Source: a virus
DNA length: 64,000 nt
Strand: one strand, 5' to 3'
Virus record (IMG/VR): IMGVR_UViG_3300022213_000237
Location: 32,001-96,000 of that record
The translations under genes were made by a program, and so were the position numbers. The notes beneath the pieces are model-generated. The model saw nothing but the letters and a program-made list of their open reading frames with translations. It was not told where the DNA came from and ran no database searches. Positions 29,840 through 41,341 of this stretch are shown here, in pieces (positions within the stretch are counted from its first letter, which is position 1; the number at the start of each line of letters is the position of its first letter).

Positions 29840-30142
29840 ACCGCATATCTCACCGGAAATTCTCTTTCTCTCGGTATTAGTCGCATTTCAAGTGGTTTTC
29901 TCGTCGAGGACGTTAACTCGGAACGGGCACGCCCAAATCGCGGGTACCACGACTACAATCGCAGACTTACGGTCTGGGGCTTTGCTAAGATAAAAATTGA
30001 CGCCCTAGCTGCGGAACAGCTTGCGGACGTCACCAAGCCTTTGTATATGTGGCAACGTGAAGTGTCTCGTATAACCTACGTTGTTGGTGATGTAACCTTC
30101 ACCGAAATACTCATCAACTACGGTTACGATTCGGGGGATTAA
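29837..30142 (+). CDS. Early hypothetical protein (leaderless)
   Basis: Lone + strand gene directly after the promoter cassette. Confidence 0.6.
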   Translation: MTAYLTGNSLSLGISRISSGFLVEDVNSERARPNRGYHDYNRRLTVWGFAKIKIDALAAEQLADVTKPLYMWQREVSRITYVVGDVTFTEILINYGYDSGD

Positions 30143-30145
30143 TCG

Positions 30146-30937
30146 TTACGGTACCTTAATTAGGTTTTCTACGAACGACCGATCTTCTTTGAAGATGGGT
30201 GTGACGTTGGGCACGTACCATTCAGAACGCTCAATATATACGGGACCTTCTATTTTGGAAAGGAATTGACCGTTCACAGTAATTTCAGCCCGTGCGGCCA
30301 ATTCTTTTCGGACCTTGCGTTTAACCACGACTCGACCGTCTTTGGTATGGGAATCTAGCGCCGCCCAGTTAAACCCCTTTTGGAAACACATCTCGTGCTG
30401 CTCGGCACGACTTTTGCCGTGTAGCTCTTTGGGAGAATACAGAGATTGCGCAAGCATGGCAAGGCTGTTACGGTTCCAATCTTGTTGCCGCCAGATAAAA
30501 TAATTGTTGACTTCGTGTTCTGGTAGAACAAAAGCGCGGGCATCGAATACAGCTTCTTTAACCACTGGTCCGGGGAAGAGTCGAGGACTGAGAGTTGTCA
30601 TCTTGGCAGAAGCAGTGGCAGCGGCTACAGACACCATCTTTTGTAGGTTGTTATCAAACCAAGGCGAGGTATCAATATCTTTGTAATTGACCAATAACAA
30701 CGAGATTTCGTCACTTTGAGTGTACGCCAATACCGTATTCTGGACTTGATCGCAGAGATGTTTGGCGACGTCATTCATGACTGCCATTAAGTCTTTGGCG
30801 TATGGGCGCGCCAAGCCTTTTGTCCAAGTATGGAAGGCTTTGCCGTCCAATCGAATAATCACGGGCAACCGGTTGGGGAGATAATGGCGTGAGGCGCCTT
30901 CATACCGTTTCATCCGGTCCCCGAGAGTATCTTTCAT
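30146..30937 (-). CDS. tRNA(His) guanylyltransferase / Thg1-like 3'-5' polymerase
   Basis: RMKRYE, IIRLDGKAFH, YTQSDEISL, FDAR, YFIWRQQD..RNS. Confidence 0.92.
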   Translation of the reverse strand: MKDTLGDRMKRYEGASRHYLPNRLPVIIRLDGKAFHTWTKGLARPYAKDLMAVMNDVAKHLCDQVQNTVLAYTQSDEISLLLVNYKDIDTSPWFDNNLQKMVSVAAATASAKMTTLSPRLFPGPVVKEAVFDARAFVLPEHEVNNYFIWRQQDWNRNSLAMLAQSLYSPKELHGKSRAEQHEMCFQKGFNWAALDSHTKDGRVVVKRKVRKELAARAEITVNGQFLSKIEGPVYIERSEWYVPNVTPIFKEDRSFVENLIKVP

Positions 30938-31075
30938 GATTTGTTCGTATCTGACTGATCATGCTTCCAATCACGACATTCACGCCGAGAACGCTCTTTA
31001 CGTTGATCCTTAGTAGTATTTGCCTTAGTGGCTCCGTTAATGAGCTTAACTAACAGAACGTCACGGGTTTTAAGC

Positions 31076-31539
31076 TTATTTGGATTTATCGTCTTTGGTT
31101 TCATTACGTAATCCCTTAACTCTCATAACTCGACGTTCTTCAGCCTTGCTAGCAAATTCGTATGTTTTGATTTCGCCATCACTATCTGCCACTAGAAAGG
31201 GATTTTGTTCAATACCGGTAAAAAACAATATTGACCCCTTTGACGGGATGAGAGCGGTGACTTCACCTATTTTATTACCTACGGCTACAAACATTCCTAT
31301 TTTAATGTCTTTAGCTTTCATAGGGATCTTGTATCAGATTGATTGCGTCTTGTCAAGATCTTATACTCGGAATATGTTAGCTTAATTTCGCATCTTACGC
31401 ACATATAATAACCGGCGACACGGATTGCGAACGGCAGATCTCTTGGATCTTCTGGTAATTTTCTGTCAGGAAACATTTGATTATAACGTTTAACGGAAAT
31501 ATCTCCACCAGGGATTATTAGCCATTCATGCTCGCACAT
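31076..31539 (-). other. Two small hypothetical genes (31076-31321, 31318-31539)
   Basis: Coupled ORFs; CEHEW...CVRC in the second. Confidence 0.55.
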
Positions 31540-32073
31540 TCACGGACCCACCTCATCCATCCAAGCGGTATCGCTCATAAGCTTATCGAGATAATCCCAC
31601 ATCTCAAGGTGTTCACCCGAAGAATACAGCTTGGCCGTAAACTCCTCATGCTCTTTACGGTACATTCTGAATAGAGGTGCGTTGCAGGTATGGATGGTAT
31701 GTTCGACGTTTGCAATGCGGTCGGCAAGCTTAAGTTGAGTCGCACCGGGCGTGGCTTTGATTTTAGGGTAAGTTTTAGCCTTACGTTCTTTCCTATTGAC
31801 CCCAGGTTCATCGGTAACTGCCGAAACCAGTTCGGCTACACGTGGACCAAAGAGATCGGCAATGGTCGCACTGGAAACGCCCGTGTCTTCGATAGAGTCA
31901 TGTAGGTATGCGGCACACAGCATGTCCTTATCAGAGACGTGGAACCGCAACGTGAGAGTGTCCACCACTTCGTAAAGATGATAGGAATAAGGGTGGTCAC
32001 CGTATCGCTGTGAGTCGTGGAGCAGCTCCGCGAATCTTCTGGCCGCCTGTACCTTGTTATCGAATTTCACCAT
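31540..32073 (-). CDS. HD-domain (p)ppGpp hydrolase-like protein (small alarmone hydrolase/Mesh1-like)
   Basis: HDSQRYGDHPYSYHL, AAYLHDSIEDT, LVSAVTD, KLADRIAN; no synthetase domain. Confidence 0.85.
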   Translation of the reverse strand: MVKFDNKVQAARRFAELLHDSQRYGDHPYSYHLYEVVDTLTLRFHVSDKDMLCAAYLHDSIEDTGVSSATIADLFGPRVAELVSAVTDEPGVNRKERKAKTYPKIKATPGATQLKLADRIANVEHTIHTCNAPLFRMYRKEHEEFTAKLYSSGEHLEMWDYLDKLMSDTAWMDEVGP

Positions 32074-32094
32074 GTTCTCTATTAGCTGGTGGAT

Positions 32095-32813
32095 CTAGTA
32101 ATAGTCGTAAGGGTCGCGAATATACTCTTCGGCCAGGTCTCGAGCGAATTGTTTGGGTTCCACGTCTTCAGGGCAGTGTCCAAATTCAAAGCATTCGTAG
32201 CCCGAGTCATCGTCTTCAGGATGAAACTCGATTCTGTGACCACAACAGCCGGTGTCGCAGCCGTAATAGGAATGGTAGACCAAGATTTTCATGAGTTGGA
32301 TCCCCTTTTGCATTCATCGCAAGGGGCGTAACCGCTGCAATAGCACGTACGTAAATCGCTAAAATGACTGTGTGGCGCATTGCCACTGTTCTTGCACTTG
32401 TTACAAAACGGAAGCCGCACGTATTCTTTCCAAAACTCTGCTGAATGTTCAGTACAGTAAATAGGCCCGTCGCCTGGCGGGACCATGTAGACGAGGTGTT
32501 TGCAGACCTCGCAGCGGTTCTGTCCCGAATTCCTCACTCACTTGCCTTCAAACTTTTTCTTGCAGTAGAGGGATTGTTCGATTTTGAGCTTAAGCCACTC
32601 GTCGCGTAATCTATGGGTTTCGTTCTCGAGCCTGTCGAACTCGGGGTCGGGGGATTCGATTGTAGGGTACATACGCGACTCCATGCCACGCATTGCTTCC
32701 CACCATACGAGATCGGCTGCGTATCGTTTCGCTCTTTCAAGCAACTGTTCTTTAGTTAATAGTTTCATGTTCTTAGCCTTTGAGCACGATTTCAAATTCG
32801 GTGGTCTGTTCAT
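32095..32813 (-). other. Three small hypothetical genes, two Cys-rich
   Basis: YYGCDTGCCGH; multiple CxxC. Confidence 0.55.
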
Positions 32814-33970
32814 CTACGCGAGGCGCACACGGGCCATAGATACGTCGATAGTCATTTTGCAATTACGGCCTTCGCCTACTTTTGAGACCGAGAGCAGGTT
32901 CATTTTCCTAAGCCGGGTCAGATATTTAGACACTACCGACTGAGGACGTCCCAACTGTTTAGCGAGAGCACGCGTCGATATCTGTACCGTCTTACCGGGG
33001 CCGGTGGCGTTTGCTAGGTGTGTAAGTGTCGTGTTCAGGCCGAGTTTCAGGTCCAGGTCTCGAACGTCTTCAAGCTCGGGGAATGGGTTTGTATCTTTGT
33101 CTGTCATAAACCTCCTTTTGGGGGTGTTGGTCTGAAATCCAAAGTAAGAAAAAATTTGATTGTCTTCTTTTAAAATTTTTAATTTTTCGCCTTCGAACGC
33201 CGCTTTGCAAGCTTTAAGCACTTTTTTGAAAATGGGTTTGGCTTCAGTTTTTGCTTTGCTTGCTGATGACAACCCGTTGATGTAGTTATGGAGCGCCAAT
33301 TCCGGGGAATTTTCTGAAAGGTTTGCTCCCGAACTAGCCTTACGAATCAACACCTGAACTCTAGCGGGATTTTGAGAATAGGCAACCGCGAGAGCGGCCT
33401 GTACAGGTGCACGCGACCATCCGGATCCGCTACAGTTTTGAATTACAAAGTCGATTCCATCGCAGTATTTCTCACGTACTTTTTCTTGCTCCAAATACTC
33501 GACCACTCCTACATGGCTCCCTGGGTTGGTGGCTATGAGAATACATCGGGTAATAGCAGCTTGTTTTGATGGAGCAACTAAGCCAGGATTTTTAATGGCC
33601 ATACGTTGTGACGTGCTTCGAGACTGGCCAGAATCAATTACATCGATGGCGTCAGGAACGGCGTTAAAAAGAACCGGCATGCGAACGGCAACTCCGGATT
33701 CTACTATCGCCATTAGCCGGTGTTGGCCATCTTCCAGAAGCCCGGAAGAACTGAACGTAACCCCTTGGCCCGTAGTTAAGAAGCCTCCGGTTTCCATTTT
33801 TTTCGATATAGCGCAACCCGATCGGGTTGAATCCGGCGATTTCTGGTGTTTCGCAGCAGCCAGGATTCAGCTATATCTGGTGTTACTAAAACTAAATGAG
33901 ACTGAAGCTCCTTGGTTTTGAAGACTTCATATGTCCACTTCTGGTACTCTTCTCTTATGACAGATTGCAT
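32814..33970 (-). CDS. ParB/Srx-like N-terminal domain protein with C-terminal HTH, split at an A7 run
   Basis: VTPDIAESWLLRNTRNRR...LYRKK (33776..34027) continues as METGG...EDGQHRLMAI in the -1 frame at 33797-33803; HTH STRALAKQLGRPQSVVSKYL. Confidence 0.7.
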
Positions 33971-33998
33971 TGATTTTCCTTTTAAGGGGTTTCTTGTA

Positions 33999-36900
33999 TT
34001 AATCGGCTTGATCTCTAGTCGTGTCAACCACCGGATACAAGAAATCCAAAACCCTCTCCGTATCGAAGGTGCTTAGTCCCGGCTTAGGACGTAGACTGCA
34101 GCTCACGGTATTGCCTTCAATTTTCACATCCACATCGAGCAAGCTCAACACGTCGTTGCCGTATTGAAAAATAGAATCATATAGAATCTGCTTAATGACA
34201 GCCTTTATAGTATCAGCAAATACAGTACTAACCTTCTGACCTACAAAACGCTCCCGTAAATGCTCGTTGAATCGAGCCTCTAGTTCCTTCTTAAGAAAAT
34301 CCGTTTCTTTACGCGTCATGACACATCATCCTCAATCTCTTTAACTAGAGTCCGATTCTGAACCACATCATCAAGAGCCTCTTCAGGCCCCATGGGGTGG
34401 TATCCGCTTTCTACCTCGTCAAGCATCGATTGCAAATATTCCTCGGCGCGGTCATCACACTGGCCATCGTCCCACGATGCGGGCATTGAGAGGATGACAT
34501 ACTCATTCGCCACCCACACCATACGAAATTTACGGTTTTCTAGGTTCATAACATTTCGTTGATTTTGCTACCAATTTCGCGTATCATCATAATCACAGCC
34601 GCCGACCCCACAATACACGATAACCCAAGAAAGAACGCGATGTAGGGTTCGGACTCTCCAAGTAGTAACCCCACGGCCACACCTATTCGGTAAACTATGA
34701 ATGCGGTTGCGAAGGCCAGAAACAATGCGAGCACACCTAGACTGAAATCTTCTACAAAGTCTTTCATTGCTCTGGTCCTATTTCGTCTACTTGGGTAACG
34801 ACCCAGTCGGAAGCCTGTGAGCGCGCCGCCTCAGCCATTGCCTCTTGCTCTTCCTTCCGCGTGAGGTCAGTGGGGTCAGAATCCTCGTCGTGCTCGACCA
34901 CGATTTCTACTTCTCTAATGGCTGTAAGTTCTACGCGTACACGTGTTTTCATTCTAAATCCCTTTGCAATACCAGCGAGGGTGCAAGCACCGCCTTGGCT
35001 TCTAGCACATAAAAGGATTGGCCTGAAAGTTCGGCGCATTTGGTGGCGCTAGCAACCGCATCTTGAAAAGAAGTATATTTTCTGACGGGAGGGCTATGAG
35101 AGTCAGGATTCCAGAGGATCCAGAACTTCTTGTCTTTGGACTCACGTCCCTCTTCTTCCGGCCACTTCTGACCGGGAAAGTCGTTGCCTAGAATATCGTC
35201 GTAGTAATTGCTCATTTCTTTCTCTTTAGGGTTAGTTGTTATTAAGTGAGTATCTTCGCCAACCCGCGAATAAACATAAAAATAATGAATGTTACTGTAA
35301 AGGCTCTGGCGTAGAAGAGAAATAGCTCCCACCATGAGAACTCAATCACTTCTCCTTCATCGGTTCTCATTTTAACCTTCTTCATAATTCATTTCTTTCC
35401 TTTGGCCTTATCGCTGTATCTCAACATCGACATCAAACTGGAGAGGTGGGCATGATTCCCAGTAAGGTTACCCTCCTTCTCTATACGCGCTGCCGCCTGC
35501 GTCGGCGTCATGTTCCACTCGGTGCGCGCAATGTCCTTAATCATTTGCTGTACCTGCTTCTTAGTAAGGTGCACGATTTTTGGTTGTGGCGATGGCGTAG
35601 GAGGGTCAAGCATTTCGCCGATTTCGTCTTGGATCAAGGCTAGATCGATAGCCAGGGAGTTAAGGGAATCAATCTTTTCTCTTAAAGCGCCGCGAATAGA
35701 TTTGAGGTCTGCACCCAAGTTGTACAGGGTCCGGCGTTTGAGCGTTACCACTTTTTCTGTGTATTTTTTCATTTGTCTTCCGGGTCAGGTGCAGTGTGCT
35801 TGTCGAGTAGCGCCATCAGCTGGTCGGAGGAGGACAGGAACTCCAGGTGAAAGAACTCGTCTTTTTCCGTGAAGGAGTTGCGAATCTCCTCAATCTTCTT
35901 GATGAGGCGCCACTTGCGGTTGTCGGCTTTGATGCGGATGGTATCGATCCGGATGCTCTTGGTGACTTCAGCGGTCACAGGCTCCAAAAACGACAGGCTC
36001 CACCCGCTGCCTTTTTTGCCCCAGTTCCATTCCGTGGAGTCTGGGCACAAGGTGACGATTTTCGCCCTGGTCGGAGTGATTCTCTTCACGGTGTGAATCT
36101 GGTAGCCGTAGTCCCGGCTATGGGGCCCATAACCCAGTTGACGGGTCTTGGCAGCTACTTTGTCGCCTGGCTTCAGGCAGTCAAGAAACTTCTTTCTTTC
36201 AGAGAAATCCATTATGACCTCATTTTGCGAATCTGCACCCAATGCTACAAAACGGGGACCAGCCGTTAAATAGCGGTCGAAACTTGCGTCCACATTCGAT
36301 ACAGACATCGCCGTTGCGCTCCAACCATTCTTCGGCTTCACGGCGATTCCGCTCTTTCGTGTCCTCCAACACCTTAATGGCGGCACCCAGAGCTTCATCG
36401 TGGTCCACGTGGGCACGGGCCAGCTGGACAACCGTCTCCATGAGAGGAATGGTGGCGCGGGGCATTATTTGCCTTCTAGGCGATTTGAGCAATACTCTGC
36501 GAGTCGTACTTTAGCTTCATAGGCTTTGACGAAGGCCTTGACGATTTCGTTTTCAAGCTCGTTGAATTGTGGATCTGGAGTCGGGTTTTGTTGCAATAAT
36601 TCCTGCTGAATAAGTTTGTATTTCCTGACGTCTGCCTGGCAGTATGAAAGGTCTCCGGCTTGTTTTCTGACGAGCTTCAAAAAATCTTCTTTGCTCATGG
36701 GTTTTGTCATGGTCTAATCCTATCGTTTTGATCTTGTGGATACACAAGAAGGTGAGTGGCCTGTAGACATCAAGTCCTTCATGTCGCAGCGGCAGGTATC
36801 GGATGCGGAAGGAGCACTCGCGTTTTTGGATTCTTTGTACTCCATGTAACCTTTGTATTTTATAGGATCTACATCGATATCTGGCAGTTGAAATTTCAGA

Positions 36901-37971
36901 GTGTCTTGCCAGTGCTTGAGGTTAAAGTTGCTGATACCGCCATAGACAATGCGACTGATTTCGAATGTGACGTACGGTAAGGATCGATTCGTTAGACCCT
37001 CACGGGAAATTACATCAACCAATTTTCGAGCACAACTCATTGGCACGCTCAAAACGCCTTGGTCCGTCTGGAAGACCGCCAATCTCCCCATGCCGTACGT
37101 GTCGGAGAAATACGATACAATTTCTTTTGACTCCAACAACCGGAACCTCAATTTACCGTCCTTGGGGACGGTGATAACTTTTTGTCCTGATTCTCTTTCG
37201 ATTTTGGCGATAAGCTCTTTGTAAGTTGGCAATGTCATGATCTCACTCCGGTCGGGGTCCAAGAAGGTTGACACCACGTTTACGCGCGACCGCGTAGATA
37301 ATGTCAATAGCTTTGGTGGCTTTAAAGATCATGCTCACTCCCTTGTTCGCCGTGCGTCTATCGCCCATGTTCGCATACATGGTCGTAATTTTGTCCGCGT
37401 TGGCGAGGAATCCGCGTTGGACCCTGTATTCATCCCACAACTGCTGATTCGTCATGTTCTTGATGAGCATGTTGTCTTTATACTTTATTCGGATCTGGAA
37501 GTCAAGGCAGGGTCTGTAATTTTTCCGGCAGCATTTTATAGATGCCGAAACCAAGCGGGACCGCGAGGACGAAGATGGTGGCAACCAAAGAAGCGATGTA
37601 ACCGGTTCCATGTGGGCCGCCACCAAACATTTGATCCGCGAGGATCATTACCGCGTATATTGTCACAATCCCCATAGCAAAGCAGACTGTGACGCGGACA
37701 AAGAATTTGGCCAATTTTAAAAGAGTGTTCATCGCTTCCTCTCGCAACATCCGTCGTCGTGACCTGTCGACAATAAGTTCTTGATATCGCAAGAGCATTT
37801 GGCCGCAAGTGGTTTTAGGTGGTAAGTGTACACCTCAGGCGGAGACAGAATCGTTACCCATTTGATGGATTTGTCCACAATAATAGACCGTTCCCATAGG
37901 TCCTTAAAGGACGCGGGATCAACAGGATCGACGGTGAAGTATTCTGAAAAATGTTTGGTCGAAGTCTTCAT
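33999..37971 (-). other. Dense array of about 13 small hypothetical genes
   Basis: Overlapping stop/start ORFs (e.g. 33999-34319, 34316-34549, 34546-34767, 35389-35772, 35769-36212, 36465-36710, 36720-37238, 37243-37470, 37729-37971). Confidence 0.6.
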
Positions 37972-37978
37972 GGTTCAC

Positions 37979-38506
37979 TCATTCCGGCTTGATCAGCAAA
38001 TCCGTTCTCATCACATACTTGGAACCGGATACGACGGTAGTGGATTCATGTAGGCGTGCATGTGGGAATATCAGACATCTGCCCGGTTCCGGCCAAACCG
38101 TCATCTTTCGGCCATTGTCGTCATCCTCGTACAAGACGGTTTTTCCGCCTTCAAAGTCGTTGTTCAAGTAAAGTAGGAGAGTGTGCGTGCTCATACCTCC
38201 AGGCGTGCTGCTGGCGCCGTCACGATGCATTTTAAAGTAGTCGTCGACGTCATAGCGGTAGGCCCGCCATACGGGACTGTATGCGTCACAATGGAAACCT
38301 TTAAAATGTAACTGATCAAATACAAATTCGGTTACATGGTGCCAATCGGTTATGATTTGACGCTTAGCTCTCCTAATGTCTCTACCGTACGCCTTACCAA
38401 AAGGCGCGTCTTGAAGTTGTGTGAGTTGATCTACAATCCGATGACAGAGTGATTCGTGAGCAATTTGGTCGATGACTCTAGTCGTGGCGTAAATTGACAT
38501 GGACAC
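37979..38506 (-). CDS. 2OG-Fe(II) oxygenase, prolyl-4-hydroxylase-like
   Basis: FKMHRD (HxD), LLYLNNDFEGGKT, LHES, KYVMRTD. Confidence 0.85.
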   Translation of the reverse strand: MSMSIYATTRVIDQIAHESLCHRIVDQLTQLQDAPFGKAYGRDIRRAKRQIITDWHHVTEFVFDQLHFKGFHCDAYSPVWRAYRYDVDDYFKMHRDGASSTPGGMSTHTLLLYLNNDFEGGKTVLYEDDDNGRKMTVWPEPGRCLIFPHARLHESTTVVSGSKYVMRTDLLIKPE

Positions 38507-38583
38507 ATCCTATCAGTCGGTAAAGCTTTTGACCAGACCCCAACAGGCAGCACCCATTAAGACAAACACTATAAGCTGAGCAA

Positions 38584-39279
38584 TCACGGCTTCACGTTCC
38601 GAACAATAGGGCCTTTGGTCTGCTGTGTGACTCGAATATATCCGGCTCCAATATCTTTAAATCTTAGCCATTCTCTATCTACCATAGCCATGTTGTAAGA
38701 ATGATCGATATGGACAGGTCTCTTGGCGTACAGGTGATAGCTGTTGTTGGTTTTGAGGAAATTAAAATCCTCGAGAGCCGCTTTCGGAATCTCGGTAAGA
38801 AATGGATGGCCATCGTAGAATTGGAGTTCGCGTTGCCCCACCACTCCGTTGCTCCAGCCAATAAGAATGGTGGCGTTCACACCAAGCTCCTGGTCAGGAC
38901 TTAGGCACGCGGCTCTCGCCTTTAAGATTTGGGGCACAAGCTCTACGTCGCCAATATTACGCAAATATATTGGTTCTAATACTTCGTTACGAAAGTCGTA
39001 GCGCGATTTGGCGCCGGGAACATAAGCCGATACCGGTACAATGATCCAGGCGGGTTTAACGGTGTGTGGATTGAGACCATTGTCGATGGGCGTTCCAAAA
39101 ACATCTAGCAACATGCGTTGAATTTCTGTCACAGAGTCTTTTGAGAGGATTTCCATATTCTTTTCCATTTTGTTAGCTGCGTGTACGAATTTTTCAACTG
39201 CGGCTAAATGTTCTGGAGAATTAACTTCTTCGAGTTTTTGTTCCCAGAAATTAGGGCTTACGCTATTGATGAATTTCAT
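38584..39279 (-). CDS. Hypothetical protein
   Basis: 231 aa ORF. Confidence 0.6.
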   Translation of the reverse strand: MKFINSVSPNFWEQKLEEVNSPEHLAAVEKFVHAANKMEKNMEILSKDSVTEIQRMLLDVFGTPIDNGLNPHTVKPAWIIVPVSAYVPGAKSRYDFRNEVLEPIYLRNIGDVELVPQILKARAACLSPDQELGVNATILIGWSNGVVGQRELQFYDGHPFLTEIPKAALEDFNFLKTNNSYHLYAKRPVHIDHSYNMAMVDREWLRFKDIGAGYIRVTQQTKGPIVRNVKP

Positions 39280-39743
39280 TTTTATGTCGTTTGTTTATAC
39301 GCAATAACAATGAGTTGGAGTACATTTATGAACTACACACAGAGACATTTTGGTGCAAACCTTCTGGTTTTCGCCTGGATCCATAAATCCAGTACATTCA
39401 CTTTCTGTCAGAACCGGTGGCCACAAAGGGGGTGTTTCGTGTGGATCAGGAATCTTTTTAGGCTCCGGCTGTTTGTATGCGTCCTTCGGGAGGCAACCAT
39501 TACAGTAGGGAACGTTTTTGTACTTAACGAGTGCCTGAGCGCTGCAGACGTAGCATCTCATGAAGCCTACTCTCGAGTGGCTAGGTCAATGAATTGATGG
39601 ATAACAAAACCAAAGAGGAGAGCGGTCCCCGTTTGTATGGAGTACATGCCCGTAATCTCAGCAACGAGGTTGAGGCCGATAAAAGCAAGGCTGGCAATAA
39701 ATTTTGCGGTTGAGCGTTTCATGTCTTGACTGTAGCCACGAGA

Positions 39744-40934
39744 TCATTCTTCAAAAAACTTAGCGATGTCGAAGCGGGGCTCTTCGGAGGCGCTAAACCC
39801 TAAAGCCTTCTTCTTCGGCGAACCCTTCCATCCGGCATGGCGGGCATACTGATAGACGTCCGCGAGTGTGGCCCCACCTTGATTGATTTGTCCCGGGATG
39901 CCATTGCTACCGAGAACTGTCGTAGGTTGTGCTTTCGGTTGGCCAATAAGCTTCAGATAGAGCTTGGTCCCAGCCTCTGACGATAGATTGCCGATATGGA
40001 TTTTACGCGAGAGCCGCCCAGGTCGTACCACAGCGGGGTCAAGCTCTTCGTTCTTCAAGTTAGTGGTGCAAACCAACCTGATATCCAGGGCGGAGCCAAT
40101 AATACCATCACCAAGATTGAGTAGAGCCGATACGGCGTTGACGTTGCTGGCGTCGCGGGAACCAAGACAATCGTCGGCGTCCTCGACTAAGAACACGGTC
40201 GGAGCATTCGCGTCATGGCGACCCGCACGCGTATTCAGCAGCGCGCTCACCATACTTGGATCCGAAAGATGAGGTACGAGCCCCACGGGCACGAGAACGA
40301 ACAGGGCGTTGGGGCAAGCATCGATTAGACCGCGCACCATGTAGGTTTTACCCGTACCTGGAGGTCCGTCGAAGATGGCCAATCTACCCGATGGAGCATC
40401 GCTATTGAGGTCGGAGACGACGGCGTCAAAGTCGCTAACCACCTCTTCAGAGTAGTTATCACGCTCGAGTGGGACCGCCGTACGGCCAATGGATTGGAGC
40501 TTGATTCCGTCCTGGGTCGAAATCAATACGTACGCCCTACCGGACGAAACCTTTGGCCCCACGACTTCGTCGAAGAGGGCGAGAAGTTTCGTCTCCATTT
40601 CGGTAGAAGTAGTACACGCATCGAGGCAGACATCTCCGTCGCCATCCCAGCGAATACTTACCGCCGCGTCGTCTCTAACATAAAAAGAGAATACGCTTTC
40701 TTCTTCGGCGGCGGCAACAGAATCGCGCTTTACACATCTAAAGCCTTCTGCCCCTAACCGGCTTACGACTTCTTGAAACTCTATGCGGGCTGTTCCGTCC
40801 TTAGTCATCTCAATAAGAGGAGGTCCGCCCGCGAGAGCGTCTTCAGCCATGGAATAAATCGCCCAAAAAAGACTTGGGCCCGAGTAGTTCCAGAATTCTT
40901 TACGACCGTGCCACCAAGGTAGAGGATTTTGCAT
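39744..40934 (-). CDS. AAA+ ATPase (single domain, BCS1-like)
   Basis: GPPGTGKT, FLVEDAD, LLNLGDG, CTTN, DPAVVRPGRL. Confidence 0.88.
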   Translation of the reverse strand: MQNPLPWWHGRKEFWNYSGPSLFWAIYSMAEDALAGGPPLIEMTKDGTARIEFQEVVSRLGAEGFRCVKRDSVAAAEEESVFSFYVRDDAAVSIRWDGDGDVCLDACTTSTEMETKLLALFDEVVGPKVSSGRAYVLISTQDGIKLQSIGRTAVPLERDNYSEEVVSDFDAVVSDLNSDAPSGRLAIFDGPPGTGKTYMVRGLIDACPNALFVLVPVGLVPHLSDPSMVSALLNTRAGRHDANAPTVFLVEDADDCLGSRDASNVNAVSALLNLGDGIIGSALDIRLVCTTNLKNEELDPAVVRPGRLSRKIHIGNLSSEAGTKLYLKLIGQPKAQPTTVLGSNGIPGQINQGGATLADVYQYARHAGWKGSPKKKALGFSASEEPRFDIAKFFEE

Positions 40935-40957
40935 TACTACCCATCTACCGGGTAGAT

Positions 40958-41290
40958 CTACTTGCCGTCGATAAAGTCTTCTAGTTTTACTTTTGACAAC
41001 GCGCCCACCGAAATTCTATCCGATTTCCCCGCCTCTATGGAGATAAGCGTCGGCACGGAACGAATACCGTATTGGGCCGTAACTTCTTGGGCCTCATCGA
41101 CATCGACCTTAATGACGACGACATCCGCACGGGCCTGTGCCACCGACTCTAACACTGGATTCAGGGCCCGGCATGGACCACACCAAGTGGCGCCAAAATC
41201 CAATAAAACCTTCTTACCGGAAGCCACAGCTTCGGCAAGCATTGGTTGTAAAGTTTTGTCGTCAGCTTTCTTGGTGTATTCGATTCCCAT
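40958..41290 (-). CDS. trxA: Thioredoxin
   Basis: DFGATWCGPC active site, GIRSVPT. Confidence 0.92.
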   Translation of the reverse strand: MGIEYTKKADDKTLQPMLAEAVASGKKVLLDFGATWCGPCRALNPVLESVAQARADVVVIKVDVDEAQEVTAQYGIRSVPTLISIEAGKSDRISVGALSKVKLEDFIDGK

Positions 41291-41341
41291 GGAGACCCTC
41301 AGATTTGTGGTGTTGACGGAAAGATTCCTACCGAAAGGCGC

